Positions 38,829 to 48,973 of a stretch of DNA of 64,000 nt are shown piece by piece. Position numbers and translations under genes: made by a program. Position 1 is the stretch's first letter; the number at the start of each line of letters is the position of its first letter. This DNA is from a virus. The DNA lies in IMG/VR virus record IMGVR_UViG_3300023491_000002. One strand, written 5' to 3'. The notes below the pieces were generated by a model. The model searched no databases, had not been told where the DNA came from, and saw only the letters and a program-made list of their open reading frames with translations.

Positions 38829-40331
38829 TTAAAATTTAACATCTTTAATGCCGTTAGTCCAGACAATATCAGTAGTAAATTTACTCTGCGCATCAATAAG
38901 CTTTTCTTTCTCTTTTGACGTGCGGTAATCGTCCGAATTGAGTGCTAAATCTTGCATATAAAGCCATATTATAATAGTAGGCTTATTCATGTATGGTTGT
39001 TCCTCTTTCTTGTCGGAAATGGTCTTAAATGGGTTGCAATATGGAGAGGTACATATAATTGTAGTAAGACCCTCAACATCAAAAACCACATTAGCAACTT
39101 CATCCGTAGCAATAACAGAAACATCACCATGTTCAAGATGTTTTAAACATTCTTTTCGGATACCAATATCACCAAATACTTTAGGTTCACCTTTCTTAGC
39201 ACCAGTAGTATAAGTATAAGGTTGACCATTGAAATCATAACAAATCCTAGAAGTCATACCTTTATACCAACACATACAGTAATCTAAAGTCTCAACAAAA
39301 TTAGTAATAGAACGAGTCTTACTTAAAATAAGTCCTTTACCTTTAATATTCTTAATAGCAGTAGCAATAGCTTCTCTTTTATTAAGATTATTATTATATA
39401 ATTCTAAACGTTTCTCAATAGCATCACTAAATGCTTTAGTACGAGTGAGTATATTGTCGGGATTCCAATACATTTCTACTTGCTTATTATAGTCATTAGA
39501 AAGATCAAGATTAGCTTTCCAACCCATAACTTCAGCAACCATGTTACGTACTGTTTCACTATGTATATGCTCTACTTTATCAGTAAGATTATTTACATAA
39601 TTAACACCCATGTGACAAGCTTTAATAAGAGCCATATCATCTTCTACCATATCCATACGTAGATGAGTAAACTTCCTAAACTCATAATTTACCATCTTAG
39701 CTTTACCTTTAAATATAGAAAGCATAGAAGAAATTTGTTCAGTAAGTTGTTTATATAACTCTTTTTCTTCACTTGTAAACTCAATACCAACATTATATAT
39801 AACATAAGGAGAAATCCAACCTTCTTCCAAAGCCATACCTTTAGTTATAGTATCAACAACCGGAATACCACAAGCAGTAAACGCTTTTAACATATTAACC
39901 GGAATCTTTTTCGTAGTAACAAATAAAAACCTATCAGCAGCTACTTTTTTCAACTTCTTGAAATAAGTATCATCTTTATGATAAGCTTCATTTGTACAAT
40001 CAAGCATCACAAACGTATCAGCATATAGCATATCTTTACCTTTACAAGTTTTAGTGATACGATCAATAAAATCTTTAAGTAAATCTATAACTACACCTGT
40101 ATGAACAATGCGTTTACGAAGAGAATCTTTCGTTTTAATATCAGGAACTACAATGTGAACATAAGGATCAGCTTCGACTTGATTAGCTACATGCTGAATA
40201 ATCTCACTAATTACAAGAGGGATATCAATACGTTCAGTATATTGAAATAGACCTTTATAACCAGCTTGTTTCCATTTAAGAATACCCTGATAAATACGCT
40301 TATATTTTTCAGAAATATCGTAATCTTTCAT
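38829..40331 (-). CDS. Hypothetical replication-associated protein (500 aa); no P-loop found
   Basis: Long ORF between the RecT-like and PolB genes. No Walker A motif seen. Confidence 0.5.
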   Translation of the reverse strand: MKDYDISEKYKRIYQGILKWKQAGYKGLFQYTERIDIPLVISEIIQHVANQVEADPYVHIVVPDIKTKDSLRKRIVHTGVVIDLLKDFIDRITKTCKGKDMLYADTFVMLDCTNEAYHKDDTYFKKLKKVAADRFLFVTTKKIPVNMLKAFTACGIPVVDTITKGMALEEGWISPYVIYNVGIEFTSEEKELYKQLTEQISSMLSIFKGKAKMVNYEFRKFTHLRMDMVEDDMALIKACHMGVNYVNNLTDKVEHIHSETVRNMVAEVMGWKANLDLSNDYNKQVEMYWNPDNILTRTKAFSDAIEKRLELYNNNLNKREAIATAIKNIKGKGLILSKTRSITNFVETLDYCMCWYKGMTSRICYDFNGQPYTYTTGAKKGEPKVFGDIGIRKECLKHLEHGDVSVIATDEVANVVFDVEGLTTIICTSPYCNPFKTISDKKEEQPYMNKPTIIIWLYMQDLALNSDDYRTSKEKEKLIDAQSKFTTDIVWTNGIKDVKF

Positions 40332-40336
40332 CTATC

Positions 40337-40660
40337 TTAATTAACATCTGTAAGTTTAATATTATCAAGAACAGCTCTAGCGCATTGTTCTATCTCATTA
40401 CGATTATATACATCATCAACATAATCAGTTAATAATTCATATAACCTAAAGCCAGCATCACCCATGATACGACAAAGATCAAAAACAATATGTTTAAGCA
40501 TCTTATCATGGTCGTAATCTTTAAAGTTCTTACTATTGAAAGGATATTGATTAAAGAAATCTTCAAAGGCAGCATCTAAATACACAACAATAACAGCTTT
40601 AACAGCTGAGAATTTATTGGTATAAAAATCTTTATAAATAACAGCTCTATCTTTCTTCAT
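40337..40660 (-). CDS. Hypothetical protein (107 aa)
   Basis: ORF with tight spacing. Confidence 0.5.
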   Translation of the reverse strand: MKKDRAVIYKDFYTNKFSAVKAVIVVYLDAAFEDFFNQYPFNSKNFKDYDHDKMLKHIVFDLCRIMGDAGFRLYELLTDYVDDVYNRNEIEQCARAVLDNIKLTDVN

Positions 40661-40666
40661 ATCTCA

Positions 40667-42994
40667 TCAATCAAACAAGTTATTACTATTATTGTTAATA
40701 CCACGACGTTCACCTTTACCTGTTTTACCATTACCATAAAGAATCTTATAGGCTTCATTAATATAAAAACCATAATTAAGATTATAATCTTCTTTATATT
40801 CGTAATCATTAAACAAAGCCACTCTCTGATTAGCAACAAGCGACTTCTCTTCTTCAACAACTATTCCACTAATATCATCACCATACGCTATATTATCAGA
40901 ATCAGGAACAATAGCTTTTGTTATAGCACCTCCACCACTTTTACAAATATAAAAACGATTATGCTTTTGACACTTAATATAAACAGGTTTACCATCTCTA
41001 ACTGTCTTATAAATTGTAGTATATTTACCAGCAACTTTCTGACTAAAACAGTAATCATAAATGGCAGTACGAGAAGTATTGATATAATTTCTAATAAATT
41101 CAGTAATATCAACACCATAAAGGAAATATTCTTTAAGAGCTTTCTTAACAACAGGATAAACAAAACCTTTATTATATTCAGGGTCTTGAAGAAAATAACC
41201 TTTAAACTTAATAAATTTATCTTCAATAGCTTGACGTGTGGTGTAAGTATTACTTTTAGAATCAATCCATACACCACAACGATTATATTCTTGTAAAGCA
41301 TCATAGAAACCATATCCAACAGCAATATAATCATTAACAGCACTTCTACAATACTTCTCAAACTTTTCAGTTTCAAGATCTAATTTACTATAAACACTCC
41401 ATTCATTACAGATATGTTTAAACACATCTTGACGATTAAGAGGTAATCTAACAAGTAGACCATCTGTATTTGCAGATAACACATCAAAGTTATTCAACTC
41501 AAATGCTTCTATCAAACCACATAGTAATAATTGCAGATTAATAGTTACAGTATAAGTGCATTCGGGATCATATAGATAATCCATAGCATCATTAAGAGCA
41601 CCATAAATTCTATTGATCACAATCTTAAGAGCATCAGCTTCTAACTTTCTTCCAGTATGTTTAGCTTCAACACGAGTTTCACGTAACCATTTAACAATGC
41701 CAATAAAGACTTCTTTAGATAAATGATGAGGTGCAACACCATATTCAATAATAAAACTAGGATACATTGAAGTAACATCAGGGTCAGCAAGAATCTCACC
41801 AGATTCAGCCCAAATGACACGAGGATCATCTTTACTATGAAGACCTCCTTTTGCCATCGTATAGCCCTTATCATAAGAAAGAAATTCTAAGGATTGAAAG
41901 CTCTTTCTCCATGTAGTAACAACGATTCCATTAACAATAGACTCACGTTTAAGTTCACTTTGCTTAGGACTACCAAGACCAATATAAATACTATATCTCT
42001 GAATAGATTCAAGAATCTTCCTATAAAAAGAAGTCTTAAATTGAATACTATCTTTGACAACTTTACCAATAGGCACAGCACTACGCTCAGTTCTAAGATC
42101 AACAAATTCATAAGAAGGCATACCTGACCATTCAGAATAGAACTTAGTCATTAGATTTTTACCAATAGAACTACGAGACATATTACGTAAATCAATAGCA
42201 TACATCTCACTTAGCTTAGCACGAAGATCTAATTCCTTTTGTTGATTCTTAACAAGAGCATCAGTACCAAGAACATCATTAATATTATAATCTGTTACAA
42301 GTGCTATCTCATCACGTTTGATACGATAACTCCAATGAATAGGTAAGTCTTGAATACGATACCATTTCAGAACTATCATAACAGCTTTAAGAGCAACAAA
42401 TGTAGCATCAAGATATAGAATCTTTTGAATATCAAAATCAGTAAAAGGACGGAAATATCTACGACCTTTATAAAAATCAAGAAGTCTACGATACGTTTTA
42501 CCACCCATATCCTTATCAACAGCTTTCTGAGAATGCTCAAATAGAAATTCAGTTATATGTTGCTTTCTACCATAAGTATCTTCACGAAGACCAGTCTTCC
42601 AATCAAATGTAGGAGCATAATGAATAAATATATCAAGCATGGTCATATCATAGTTAAAACTATTATAACCAATGATAATTTTATGAGATTTAAAAAACAT
42701 ATAAAGACCTTCAATACCACTACTAATATTATTAGAATCATCCCATGAAGTAGGTGTCATATTCTGACGTTCAAATTTATCTTCATGATAAGCTCTATAA
42801 ATAATAAAAGTCTTAGCACCTATAGCTTCAAGAATAAGACGTTTATCTTCTTTATTCTTAGCTATATCAGCAGCAATGTATAAATCAATAATATCTTGAG
42901 GAACACCATAAGGAATGAAGCTAACCTCAAACATATTAATGTAACACTCAATATCATATATCCAACTAGTAGTTGGTGACTTATTAGCAGCCAT
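40667..42994 (-). CDS. polB: Family B DNA polymerase with 3'-5' exonuclease domain (775 aa)
   Basis: Exo I is YDIECY, Exo II is NSFNYDMTML, motif A is DPDVTSMYPS (DxxSLYPS), motif B is KIVINRIYGAL (Kx3NSxYG), motif C region is LSANTDGLLV. Confidence 0.85.
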   Translation of the reverse strand: MAANKSPTTSWIYDIECYINMFEVSFIPYGVPQDIIDLYIAADIAKNKEDKRLILEAIGAKTFIIYRAYHEDKFERQNMTPTSWDDSNNISSGIEGLYMFFKSHKIIIGYNSFNYDMTMLDIFIHYAPTFDWKTGLREDTYGRKQHITEFLFEHSQKAVDKDMGGKTYRRLLDFYKGRRYFRPFTDFDIQKILYLDATFVALKAVMIVLKWYRIQDLPIHWSYRIKRDEIALVTDYNINDVLGTDALVKNQQKELDLRAKLSEMYAIDLRNMSRSSIGKNLMTKFYSEWSGMPSYEFVDLRTERSAVPIGKVVKDSIQFKTSFYRKILESIQRYSIYIGLGSPKQSELKRESIVNGIVVTTWRKSFQSLEFLSYDKGYTMAKGGLHSKDDPRVIWAESGEILADPDVTSMYPSFIIEYGVAPHHLSKEVFIGIVKWLRETRVEAKHTGRKLEADALKIVINRIYGALNDAMDYLYDPECTYTVTINLQLLLCGLIEAFELNNFDVLSANTDGLLVRLPLNRQDVFKHICNEWSVYSKLDLETEKFEKYCRSAVNDYIAVGYGFYDALQEYNRCGVWIDSKSNTYTTRQAIEDKFIKFKGYFLQDPEYNKGFVYPVVKKALKEYFLYGVDITEFIRNYINTSRTAIYDYCFSQKVAGKYTTIYKTVRDGKPVYIKCQKHNRFYICKSGGGAITKAIVPDSDNIAYGDDISGIVVEEEKSLVANQRVALFNDYEYKEDYNLNYGFYINEAYKILYGNGKTGKGERRGINNNSNNLFD

Positions 42995-43591
42995 TTATTT
43001 TAAAATAACCCATTGATTAACAAATTTACGATAAGCAATAACAGCAGTATCATATGCACGATCGAGATAACTATAGTCGTTATTCTTACGCATATATTCA
43101 AGACTCATAGTATAAATATGTATCTTACCATTAGGAAGCACATCAATACCTTCTCCACCTTTAGGAAAAGCTTTACCTCCACTAATAATAAAATACGGAT
43201 CTTTACCATAAGTTATGAACATACTAGGTTCAACTCTAGCAATCTCTCTTTGAAGTCTAGGAAAACATTCAGCAATAGCTTTCGCATTAATAGTCTGAGA
43301 TGTACCACATTTGACAACAGAAGTAATATACGATAAAGCAAGTAATTTCTTATCTTCAAGAATACGTCTAATGAATTTACCTGTGTTACCACTAAGTACG
43401 TATTTAGTCTTTCTATCAGCAGGACTAGGAGCAGCAACTAAATGTAGGATAGTTCCGCTCCCTTCCAGTCCTTGTCCCCTACTGGGGATTAGAGAGTTCC
43501 GCACACATAGATCACACTTATCACAATAATCATCTTCACGTAATTCATCAGACGTATCTTCAAACATATTAGAAAATCTCGTTTGCATCAA
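42995..43591 (-). CDS. Family-4 uracil-DNA glycosylase-like protein (198 aa) with degenerate catalytic motif; contains in-frame copy C of the interspersed GC-rich repeat
   Basis: CDKCDLC is the Fe-S CxxCxLC pattern of UDG4. ILHLVAAPSPADRKTKYVLSGNTGKFIRRIL aligns with [31 protein letters not shown], but GEAPG has become VAAPSP. Confidence 0.5.
   Translation of the reverse strand: MMQTRFSNMFEDTSDELREDDYCDKCDLCVRNSLIPSRGQGLEGSGTILHLVAAPSPADRKTKYVLSGNTGKFIRRILEDKKLLALSYITSVVKCGTSQTINAKAIAECFPRLQREIARVEPSMFITYGKDPYFIISGGKAFPKGGEGIDVLPNGKIHIYTMSLEYMRKNNDYSYLDRAYDTAVIAYRKFVNQWVILK
43445..43503 (-). repeat. Interspersed GC-rich mini-element, copy C, in-frame sense copy inside the UDG-like CDS
   Basis: Reverse complement reads GGAACTCTCTAATCCCCAGTAGGGGACAAGGACTGGAAGGGAGCGGAACTATCC. 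It encodes NSLIPSRGQGLEGSGT. Confidence 0.85.
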
Positions 43592-43833
43592 TAATTACTT
43601 TTAGCAGCAATTTGTTCAAACAAACTACGTTGCATAAAGACAGTATGAAAAGATTCAGCATCTCTAAAAATCTTAACATCATATCCTTTTACATCACAAT
43701 CATATTCGGTAGAATCAAACGAATACTTTTCACAATAAGCACCAAACGAAATAGGAGAAGCTTCAACAAGAACATCATCAATCATGTATTCAGCTTCACC
43801 TAACGCTTTATATTCTTCATCAGTTAATGCCAT
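43588..43833 (-). CDS. Hypothetical protein (about 81 aa)
   Basis: The ORF track extends to 43911 through repeat copy D. A start at MALTDEEY (43833) is more plausible. Confidence 0.4.
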   Translation of the reverse strand: MALTDEEYKALGEAEYMIDDVLVEASPISFGAYCEKYSFDSTEYDCDVKGYDVKIFRDAESFHTVFMQRSLFEQIAAKSNY

Positions 43834-43854
43834 ATCAATAACATTTAGTAAAAC

Positions 43855-43908
43855 TTTGCAAACCCCAGTAGGGATGAAGAAGTGGTAGGGAGCGGAGCAT
43901 CTGCAACT
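43855..43908 (+). repeat. Interspersed GC-rich mini-element, copy D
   Basis: TTTGCAAACCCCAGTAGGGATGAAGAAGTGGTAGGGAGCGGAGCATCTGCAAC. Confidence 0.85.
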
Positions 43909-44135
43909 CAACGAGTATTCTTAGCACAATAACCGATAACATCATGCATGATATTATGAATAACAGCTTCAACACTATTATTTGTTTCATCATAAATATC
44001 AACATCCAAATCAGGATTGATAGCTTTAATCGCTCGTTTCGTATTAGCCAATACCTCTTCACCATCTTGAACTGTATTAAGTTCATATTGACAAAGAGTA
44101 TTTCCATTAGACATTGTAACTTTAACTATAACCAT
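43908..44135 (-). CDS. Hypothetical protein (75 aa)
   Basis: ORF. Confidence 0.4.
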   Translation of the reverse strand: MVIVKVTMSNGNTLCQYELNTVQDGEEVLANTKRAIKAINPDLDVDIYDETNNSVEAVIHNIMHDVIGYCAKNTR

Positions 44136-44147
44136 AATATAATTAGA

Positions 44148-44378
44148 TTAAAGATCAAACATATCAATAGCCATAATATCAGGTATAAATATAATATGAT
44201 AAAGATTATAAACACATTCATAACCTTTATCAAGATCATCAAATTCATCAGAATTTATATTATACTTCATCTTATATTCTTGAAACGTACATCTAGTAAT
44301 GATCAAAGCAATATCATTAATCAAAACATTTGTACAAATTGGCAATCTATTTTCTGTCTTCTTCGGTAGTATCGGCAT
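44148..44378 (-). CDS. Hypothetical protein (76 aa)
   Basis: ORF. Confidence 0.4.
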   Translation of the reverse strand: MPILPKKTENRLPICTNVLINDIALIITRCTFQEYKMKYNINSDEFDDLDKGYECVYNLYHIIFIPDIMAIDMFDL

Positions 44379-44691
44379 AAACAGAAGTTCCGTCTTCGTA
44401 TTTCAGAGTTGAACAAACAACAGCAGTAAGATCATAACCTTTAAGATTAGCTCTAGCTTTAAGGAACTCCATCTTACCAACAGTATCAACATTTAAACCA
44501 CTAGCAAACAAATGTTCTTCGAGAACTTGAACAGCACTCATAGAACATTGCTCAGCAACCCAAGTAATAGGAACCATCCAACGATTATGAATAATACGTT
44601 GATTACTACCCATACCACAAAAATCTCCCCAGCATTCTTTCAGAACATAAATCTTATCTATATTCTGAACTTGTTCTTCACTTGTAAGCAT
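44347..44691 (-). CDS. Hypothetical protein (114 aa)
   Basis: ORF. Confidence 0.5.
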   Translation of the reverse strand: MLTSEEQVQNIDKIYVLKECWGDFCGMGSNQRIIHNRWMVPITWVAEQCSMSAVQVLEEHLFASGLNVDTVGKMEFLKARANLKGYDLTAVVCSTLKYEDGTSVYADTTEEDRK

Positions 44692-44700
44692 AATATCAAT

Positions 44701-44862
44701 TTAAAGTTCTTCAATATCAATAGGACTTTCAGAAGCCATATAATAGCAATCATCAAGTATAAGACCTTTATCTCTCATAACTTCTTCAATATCTTCATCA
44801 TTCTTAACAGTAAAATGATATATTGAAGATGTACAATAATCAAACACATAAACATGTTCCAT
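44701..44862 (-). CDS. Small hypothetical protein (53 aa, MEHVYVFDYCTSSIYHF...), not in the supplied ORF track
   Basis: ATG to TAA ORF that exactly fills the 170-bp gap between neighbouring genes. Confidence 0.3.
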   Translation of the reverse strand: MEHVYVFDYCTSSIYHFTVKNDEDIEEVMRDKGLILDDCYYMASESPIDIEEL

Positions 44863-44865
44863 ATC

Positions 44866-45189
44866 TTAATGTTTATCAAATACAGCATTGAAGTCAGCTT
44901 CTTTCATAAGAACAGCATAACCTTCAACCTTTTGTGTAAATATATCTTTACTAACAATAGTATAGCGTTTAAGACATTGATCTTCACCAACAGATATAAC
45001 GAAACACTTATTATTAGCAACTCTAGCTTTACATTCGTCACAAATATCTCCTTGTATATATCTAGGAGCTTCTTCATCTCCTTTGATATGACCTAATAAA
45101 GCAACACTTTCAGCCTTACCACAAATAGGACATACTGCCATACTTGGATTAAGACCATGTTTTTTACTAAGAGTAATACCTTTTCCCAT
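44866..45189 (-). CDS. Zn-ribbon small protein (107 aa)
   Basis: CPICGK...CDEC cysteine pairs. Confidence 0.5.
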   Translation of the reverse strand: MGKGITLSKKHGLNPSMAVCPICGKAESVALLGHIKGDEEAPRYIQGDICDECKARVANNKCFVISVGEDQCLKRYTIVSKDIFTQKVEGYAVLMKEADFNAVFDKH

Positions 45190-45192
45190 AGT

Positions 45193-46662
45193 TTATAATT
45201 TTAGATAAGCGTGTTTAGTAGCTCTACTCATAGCTACATAAAGAAGTCTAAGAGCTTCAGCAGAGTTACGTCTAATACGCTTACCCCACTTAGTTTGAAA
45301 ATAGATAATATCATCAAGATCAATACAAACATTTTCAAAGGTAGAACCTTGGCTCTTATGTGCGGTTATACCATAACCATAATCAATATCTTTAACAACA
45401 AGTCTATTCTTGTTAGCAGCATTGAGTCTATAGTCGGTCATAGTAAGATGAATATCCTTAAATCTAAAGTATCTAAACCATCTACTACGATCAGTACCAG
45501 TAAGAGCTTTATAATGAATTGCATTTAGCATAGCACCGAAATTATCCATGTTATTAGAATCCCAAAAATCAATGATCTTAAACATAGGAGTAACTTTACC
45601 ATCAAATGCAGACCTCAATGTAATACAATAACAAGCAAGACCATTATCTGCTACATAATACCGAACATCATGAACAACATAATCTTCACTATTAATAATA
45701 ATGGGGGATTTGTATTCATCAAATACAGTACGATATGCAGTAAACATATCATCTTTCGTTATCATACCTTGAGGATTATTCAGAACACCATCACGAATAA
45801 AAGTATTCCAAAATCCAATACAATCATTAGTAAAAGCAATAAGTCTAACATAATTAATATCCTTACTAAAGTTATCAGAACTAAACATTTCAATAACCTT
45901 ATTGCGGAAATTAAGTTTATTCATAATAGTAAAACCTTCACCTTGAGTATTAATAGCTTCACGAGTTTGAAGAATATACTGATAGAAATTAGCAGTACCA
46001 TTAATCAAATCAGAGCGAATAATACCAAACAGTTCAAGCAAAGGATTACCAGCTTCTTGTCTAACAATTTGAGTTAAACGAAATTGAACATCAGTATGAG
46101 TAAAAGAAGGACTAATACGATTATAAGTATCTTCTTCACCTTTTCCTTTAGCAACAACATAAGGAATCTGAAGTTCATCTCCTAAGAATAGGAGTTTACA
46201 TCGACACTGAATAGCCGTCTTTATGAGTAGATTAAACAGACCAGGATTAATCATAGAACACTCATCAATAATGACAAGTCTATAACCTCTCATTTTCTGT
46301 TCACCTATAACCTTAAAAGAAGGATTCTCAATGTTATAATCTTCAATATCTACATCAGGTCTAAGACCACATAGAGATTGAATAGTCATACCTTTCTTAC
46401 CGGAACTATTTTCAAGAACTCGAAGAGCTTTATGAGTTGGAGCTGTAACACAAACCTTTTCAACTATCAAATAACGTACAAGATGACGCATGATAAAAGT
46501 TTTACCAGTACCGGCATAACCACTAAGAGTAAAACTTATGGATTGTGATTGCCACCATTGCCAAATAACATTAATAGCATCTTCTTGTTGTTCTTTAAAA
46601 TAAGAAACATTAATACGTTTGGCAGACCTAAGTAGCGCATCTTTATTAAAATCAGAACTCAT
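45193..46662 (-). CDS. SF1B Dda/RecD/Pif1-like DNA helicase (489 aa)
   Basis: Walker A is GYAGTGKTF, Walker B is LVIIDECSMI, motif V/VI is TAHKSQGSTFENV. Confidence 0.8.
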   Translation of the reverse strand: MSSDFNKDALLRSAKRINVSYFKEQQEDAINVIWQWWQSQSISFTLSGYAGTGKTFIMRHLVRYLIVEKVCVTAPTHKALRVLENSSGKKGMTIQSLCGLRPDVDIEDYNIENPSFKVIGEQKMRGYRLVIIDECSMINPGLFNLLIKTAIQCRCKLLFLGDELQIPYVVAKGKGEEDTYNRISPSFTHTDVQFRLTQIVRQEAGNPLLELFGIIRSDLINGTANFYQYILQTREAINTQGEGFTIMNKLNFRNKVIEMFSSDNFSKDINYVRLIAFTNDCIGFWNTFIRDGVLNNPQGMITKDDMFTAYRTVFDEYKSPIIINSEDYVVHDVRYYVADNGLACYCITLRSAFDGKVTPMFKIIDFWDSNNMDNFGAMLNAIHYKALTGTDRSRWFRYFRFKDIHLTMTDYRLNAANKNRLVVKDIDYGYGITAHKSQGSTFENVCIDLDDIIYFQTKWGKRIRRNSAEALRLLYVAMSRATKHAYLKL

Positions 46663-46855
46663 CTACAACAACAAATTTATCAGATTTAAGAGCTTTATTA
46701 GGCTCACCATCAGGATTATTCCAACTAAGAGTATGCAAATTCATATGAGATGTATCTTTACTCTTAGAAAAATTTGTATCCATAATATAAGTACCTCTTT
46801 CAGTAATATAAAGATTACCACTAAGCTCTTGACCAATAAGTTTAATTTTAATCAT
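46652..46855 (-). CDS. Hypothetical small protein (67 aa)
   Basis: ORF. Confidence 0.4.
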   Translation of the reverse strand: MIKIKLIGQELSGNLYITERGTYIMDTNFSKSKDTSHMNLHTLSWNNPDGEPNKALKSDKFVVVDEF

Positions 46856-46856
46856 A

Positions 46857-47192
46857 TTAAAAAGGCTTTAAAATGTATTTACAAGCAACATCAATAGTAT
46901 TGTAATAACGAACAAGCGGGTGGACAGGTTCAGTAGTTGTATACACATCAGCAACCATTTGTCTTCCGTTAATACTTTTGATAACAGCTCCTCCGTTAGG
47001 GAATATAGAAATTGTGACATCATAAACAATATCGAGAAACTCCAGAACCATTCCCAACTGCATTCGCCAAGATAACGTAGTAGCAAACTCAATAAAATTA
47101 CCGCTGCCATTAGTGACTTGGAGAAGATAACGTTGAAAAGCAATACTAATATCTTCATAAGGTTTAAGTAGGTTCAATAAAGACGTTTCCAT
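46857..47192 (-). CDS. Hypothetical protein (111 aa)
   Basis: ORF. Confidence 0.5.
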   Translation of the reverse strand: METSLLNLLKPYEDISIAFQRYLLQVTNGSGNFIEFATTLSWRMQLGMVLEFLDIVYDVTISIFPNGGAVIKSINGRQMVADVYTTTEPVHPLVRYYNTIDVACKYILKPF

Positions 47193-47745
47193 CAGCTGTA
47201 AATTCTATATCGTTATTATTACAATACTCAGCAACATCTTCTTCACTAATCTCATAAAACCATTTATAACCTTGTTTTTCAAACTTAGCACAAAGAGCTT
47301 CATACCAATTAAGAAATATATCTTTAAGCTTAGTAAAATCTACAGAGTGCATCCAACTACTATCTTCAAATTCAACGGTAACTGTATGACAATAATTATA
47401 CATTCTATTAAATTTATAAAAATTAATAGAATAAACACAATCTTCACAGCAAGCAACAAAGACTTTATCTAACTTATCAACACTATTCTTAATATAGGAA
47501 ATCTCCATAGCTTTATTCCATGTAATACGACCAGTAAAACAAAGACCATCTCCTTGACAATTACCAAGACTATAATAAACCTCAGATTCTTCAACACCTA
47601 AAACATCAAGAGTATGCTTAACAGAATCAGTAAAATCTTGAGCATTACGTGTAATACTAAGAATATTACTTTTAGCAGTTTCTTTAGCACTATCACTAAG
47701 TTCAGTATACCTATAAACAGGCACTTCAATTTTAACTATCCTCAT
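47164..47745 (-). CDS. Hypothetical Cys-rich protein (193 aa)
   Basis: ORF with multiple Cys residues. Confidence 0.5.
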   Translation of the reverse strand: MRIVKIEVPVYRYTELSDSAKETAKSNILSITRNAQDFTDSVKHTLDVLGVEESEVYYSLGNCQGDGLCFTGRITWNKAMEISYIKNSVDKLDKVFVACCEDCVYSINFYKFNRMYNYCHTVTVEFEDSSWMHSVDFTKLKDIFLNWYEALCAKFEKQGYKWFYEISEEDVAEYCNNNDIEFTADGNVFIEPT

Positions 47746-47804
47746 TTTGGCTCATTTTAGACCCATAGAGACACTTTGTATTAAAGTGAACCAATTGGTT
47801 TATT

Positions 47805-47848
47805 TCAATACAAAAATGCCTCTACGAGCTTGTATTAAAGCGTAGGCA
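47805..47848 (-). terminator. Terminator hairpin overlapping the stop codon of the 47835..48971 gene
   Basis: On the minus strand: GCCTACGCTTTAATACAAGCTCGTAGAGGC followed by ATTTTTGTATTG. Confidence 0.5.
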
Positions 47849-48971
47849 GCTTCTTAATGGTTAATTCACTCCGGCGTTCCTCGGTAATATCCCGATGCTT
47901 AAAGATGTAGTGATTAACAGATTCTTGTTTAATGTTATCAAGAAGAAAATAAGTAAACTCTTTACCATTAAGAACAGTAGTAGTAAGTTTACCAAAGATC
48001 GGAAGACCTTCTCTAAAAGGAACAAAATTCTTGAGATCAGCCTTAGCTTGATTCATTTCACGAATTGTACCCGGAATCCAATACTCATTATCGAAACCAC
48101 TGAATTGATGTTTCGGAATATTTGTAATAGGAACAGAGATAGGAACAACGAGTTTAGCTTCATTGTTTGCTTCATCTTCTTCACGAACAGCAAGCCACTG
48201 ATAATGATCTTGACCTTCAAGTTTACTATAAGTAGCTTTCCATTTGCTCTTATGCAAACGATAAAAAGCATTACCATTAGGATTAACTTCAGATTTTGCT
48301 TTACCTTTAGCTTCAACAGTCTTTGCTTCACCACTTGCAACAAGATTCTTTAACGCATCAAAATTCATAACATTAAATAAATCATATTTATCTTTTTCAC
48401 CAAGAGTTACATCGTTACGATTAACAAGAAGTTCTTCTTTCTCATCATCAATACGAGTAACTAAGAACTTAGAACCGGATTTCTTTTCTTTAACTTTAAC
48501 AAGTCTTTTAGTAGAATCATATAAACTGTAACGGTCAACAACTTCAAGACTTGTAATAGTGACAGTATCACCACTTTTAAGCATAGAATAAACCGGAGAT
48601 ACTTCACCGTATAGAGGATTACGACCTTCTTTAGTACGAATAAATTCACCAATATAAGATTCTTCTGCACCTTTAGCAAATGTAAGCATAGGAGTAAAAA
48701 TCTTCTTATAATTCTGATGATTAATGGAAATAGGATTCCCATCAACAATTGCAATCAACTTGATTACAGATTCGCCATAAGTACGAATAGCATCTTCACG
48801 AGTCATAGTTTGCTTAGTAAGCTTAATGACTTTACCGTCTTCGAAATAAAACGAAATAATCGCTTCATCACCATTCATACGACTAACATAACCAAGATGA
48901 TCATTGACCAACAAATACATCCCTTGCTTTAAATCAGCAGAGATAAGAGAATAAGTAAGATTTGCTTTCAT
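47835..48971 (-). CDS. Hypothetical protein (378 aa)
   Basis: Long ORF. A hairpin terminator overlaps the stop codon (47818-47848). Confidence 0.6.
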   Translation of the reverse strand: MKANLTYSLISADLKQGMYLLVNDHLGYVSRMNGDEAIISFYFEDGKVIKLTKQTMTREDAIRTYGESVIKLIAIVDGNPISINHQNYKKIFTPMLTFAKGAEESYIGEFIRTKEGRNPLYGEVSPVYSMLKSGDTVTITSLEVVDRYSLYDSTKRLVKVKEKKSGSKFLVTRIDDEKEELLVNRNDVTLGEKDKYDLFNVMNFDALKNLVASGEAKTVEAKGKAKSEVNPNGNAFYRLHKSKWKATYSKLEGQDHYQWLAVREEDEANNEAKLVVPISVPITNIPKHQFSGFDNEYWIPGTIREMNQAKADLKNFVPFREGLPIFGKLTTTVLNGKEFTYFLLDNIKQESVNHYIFKHRDITEERRSELTIKKLPTL

Positions 48972-48973
48972 AT

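Noticed and set aside
38829-40331. Calling the 500-aa protein an SF2 helicase
   Set aside because: No Walker A (GxxxxGK[ST]) or DExH motif could be found despite a helicase-like size and position. Left as hypothetical.
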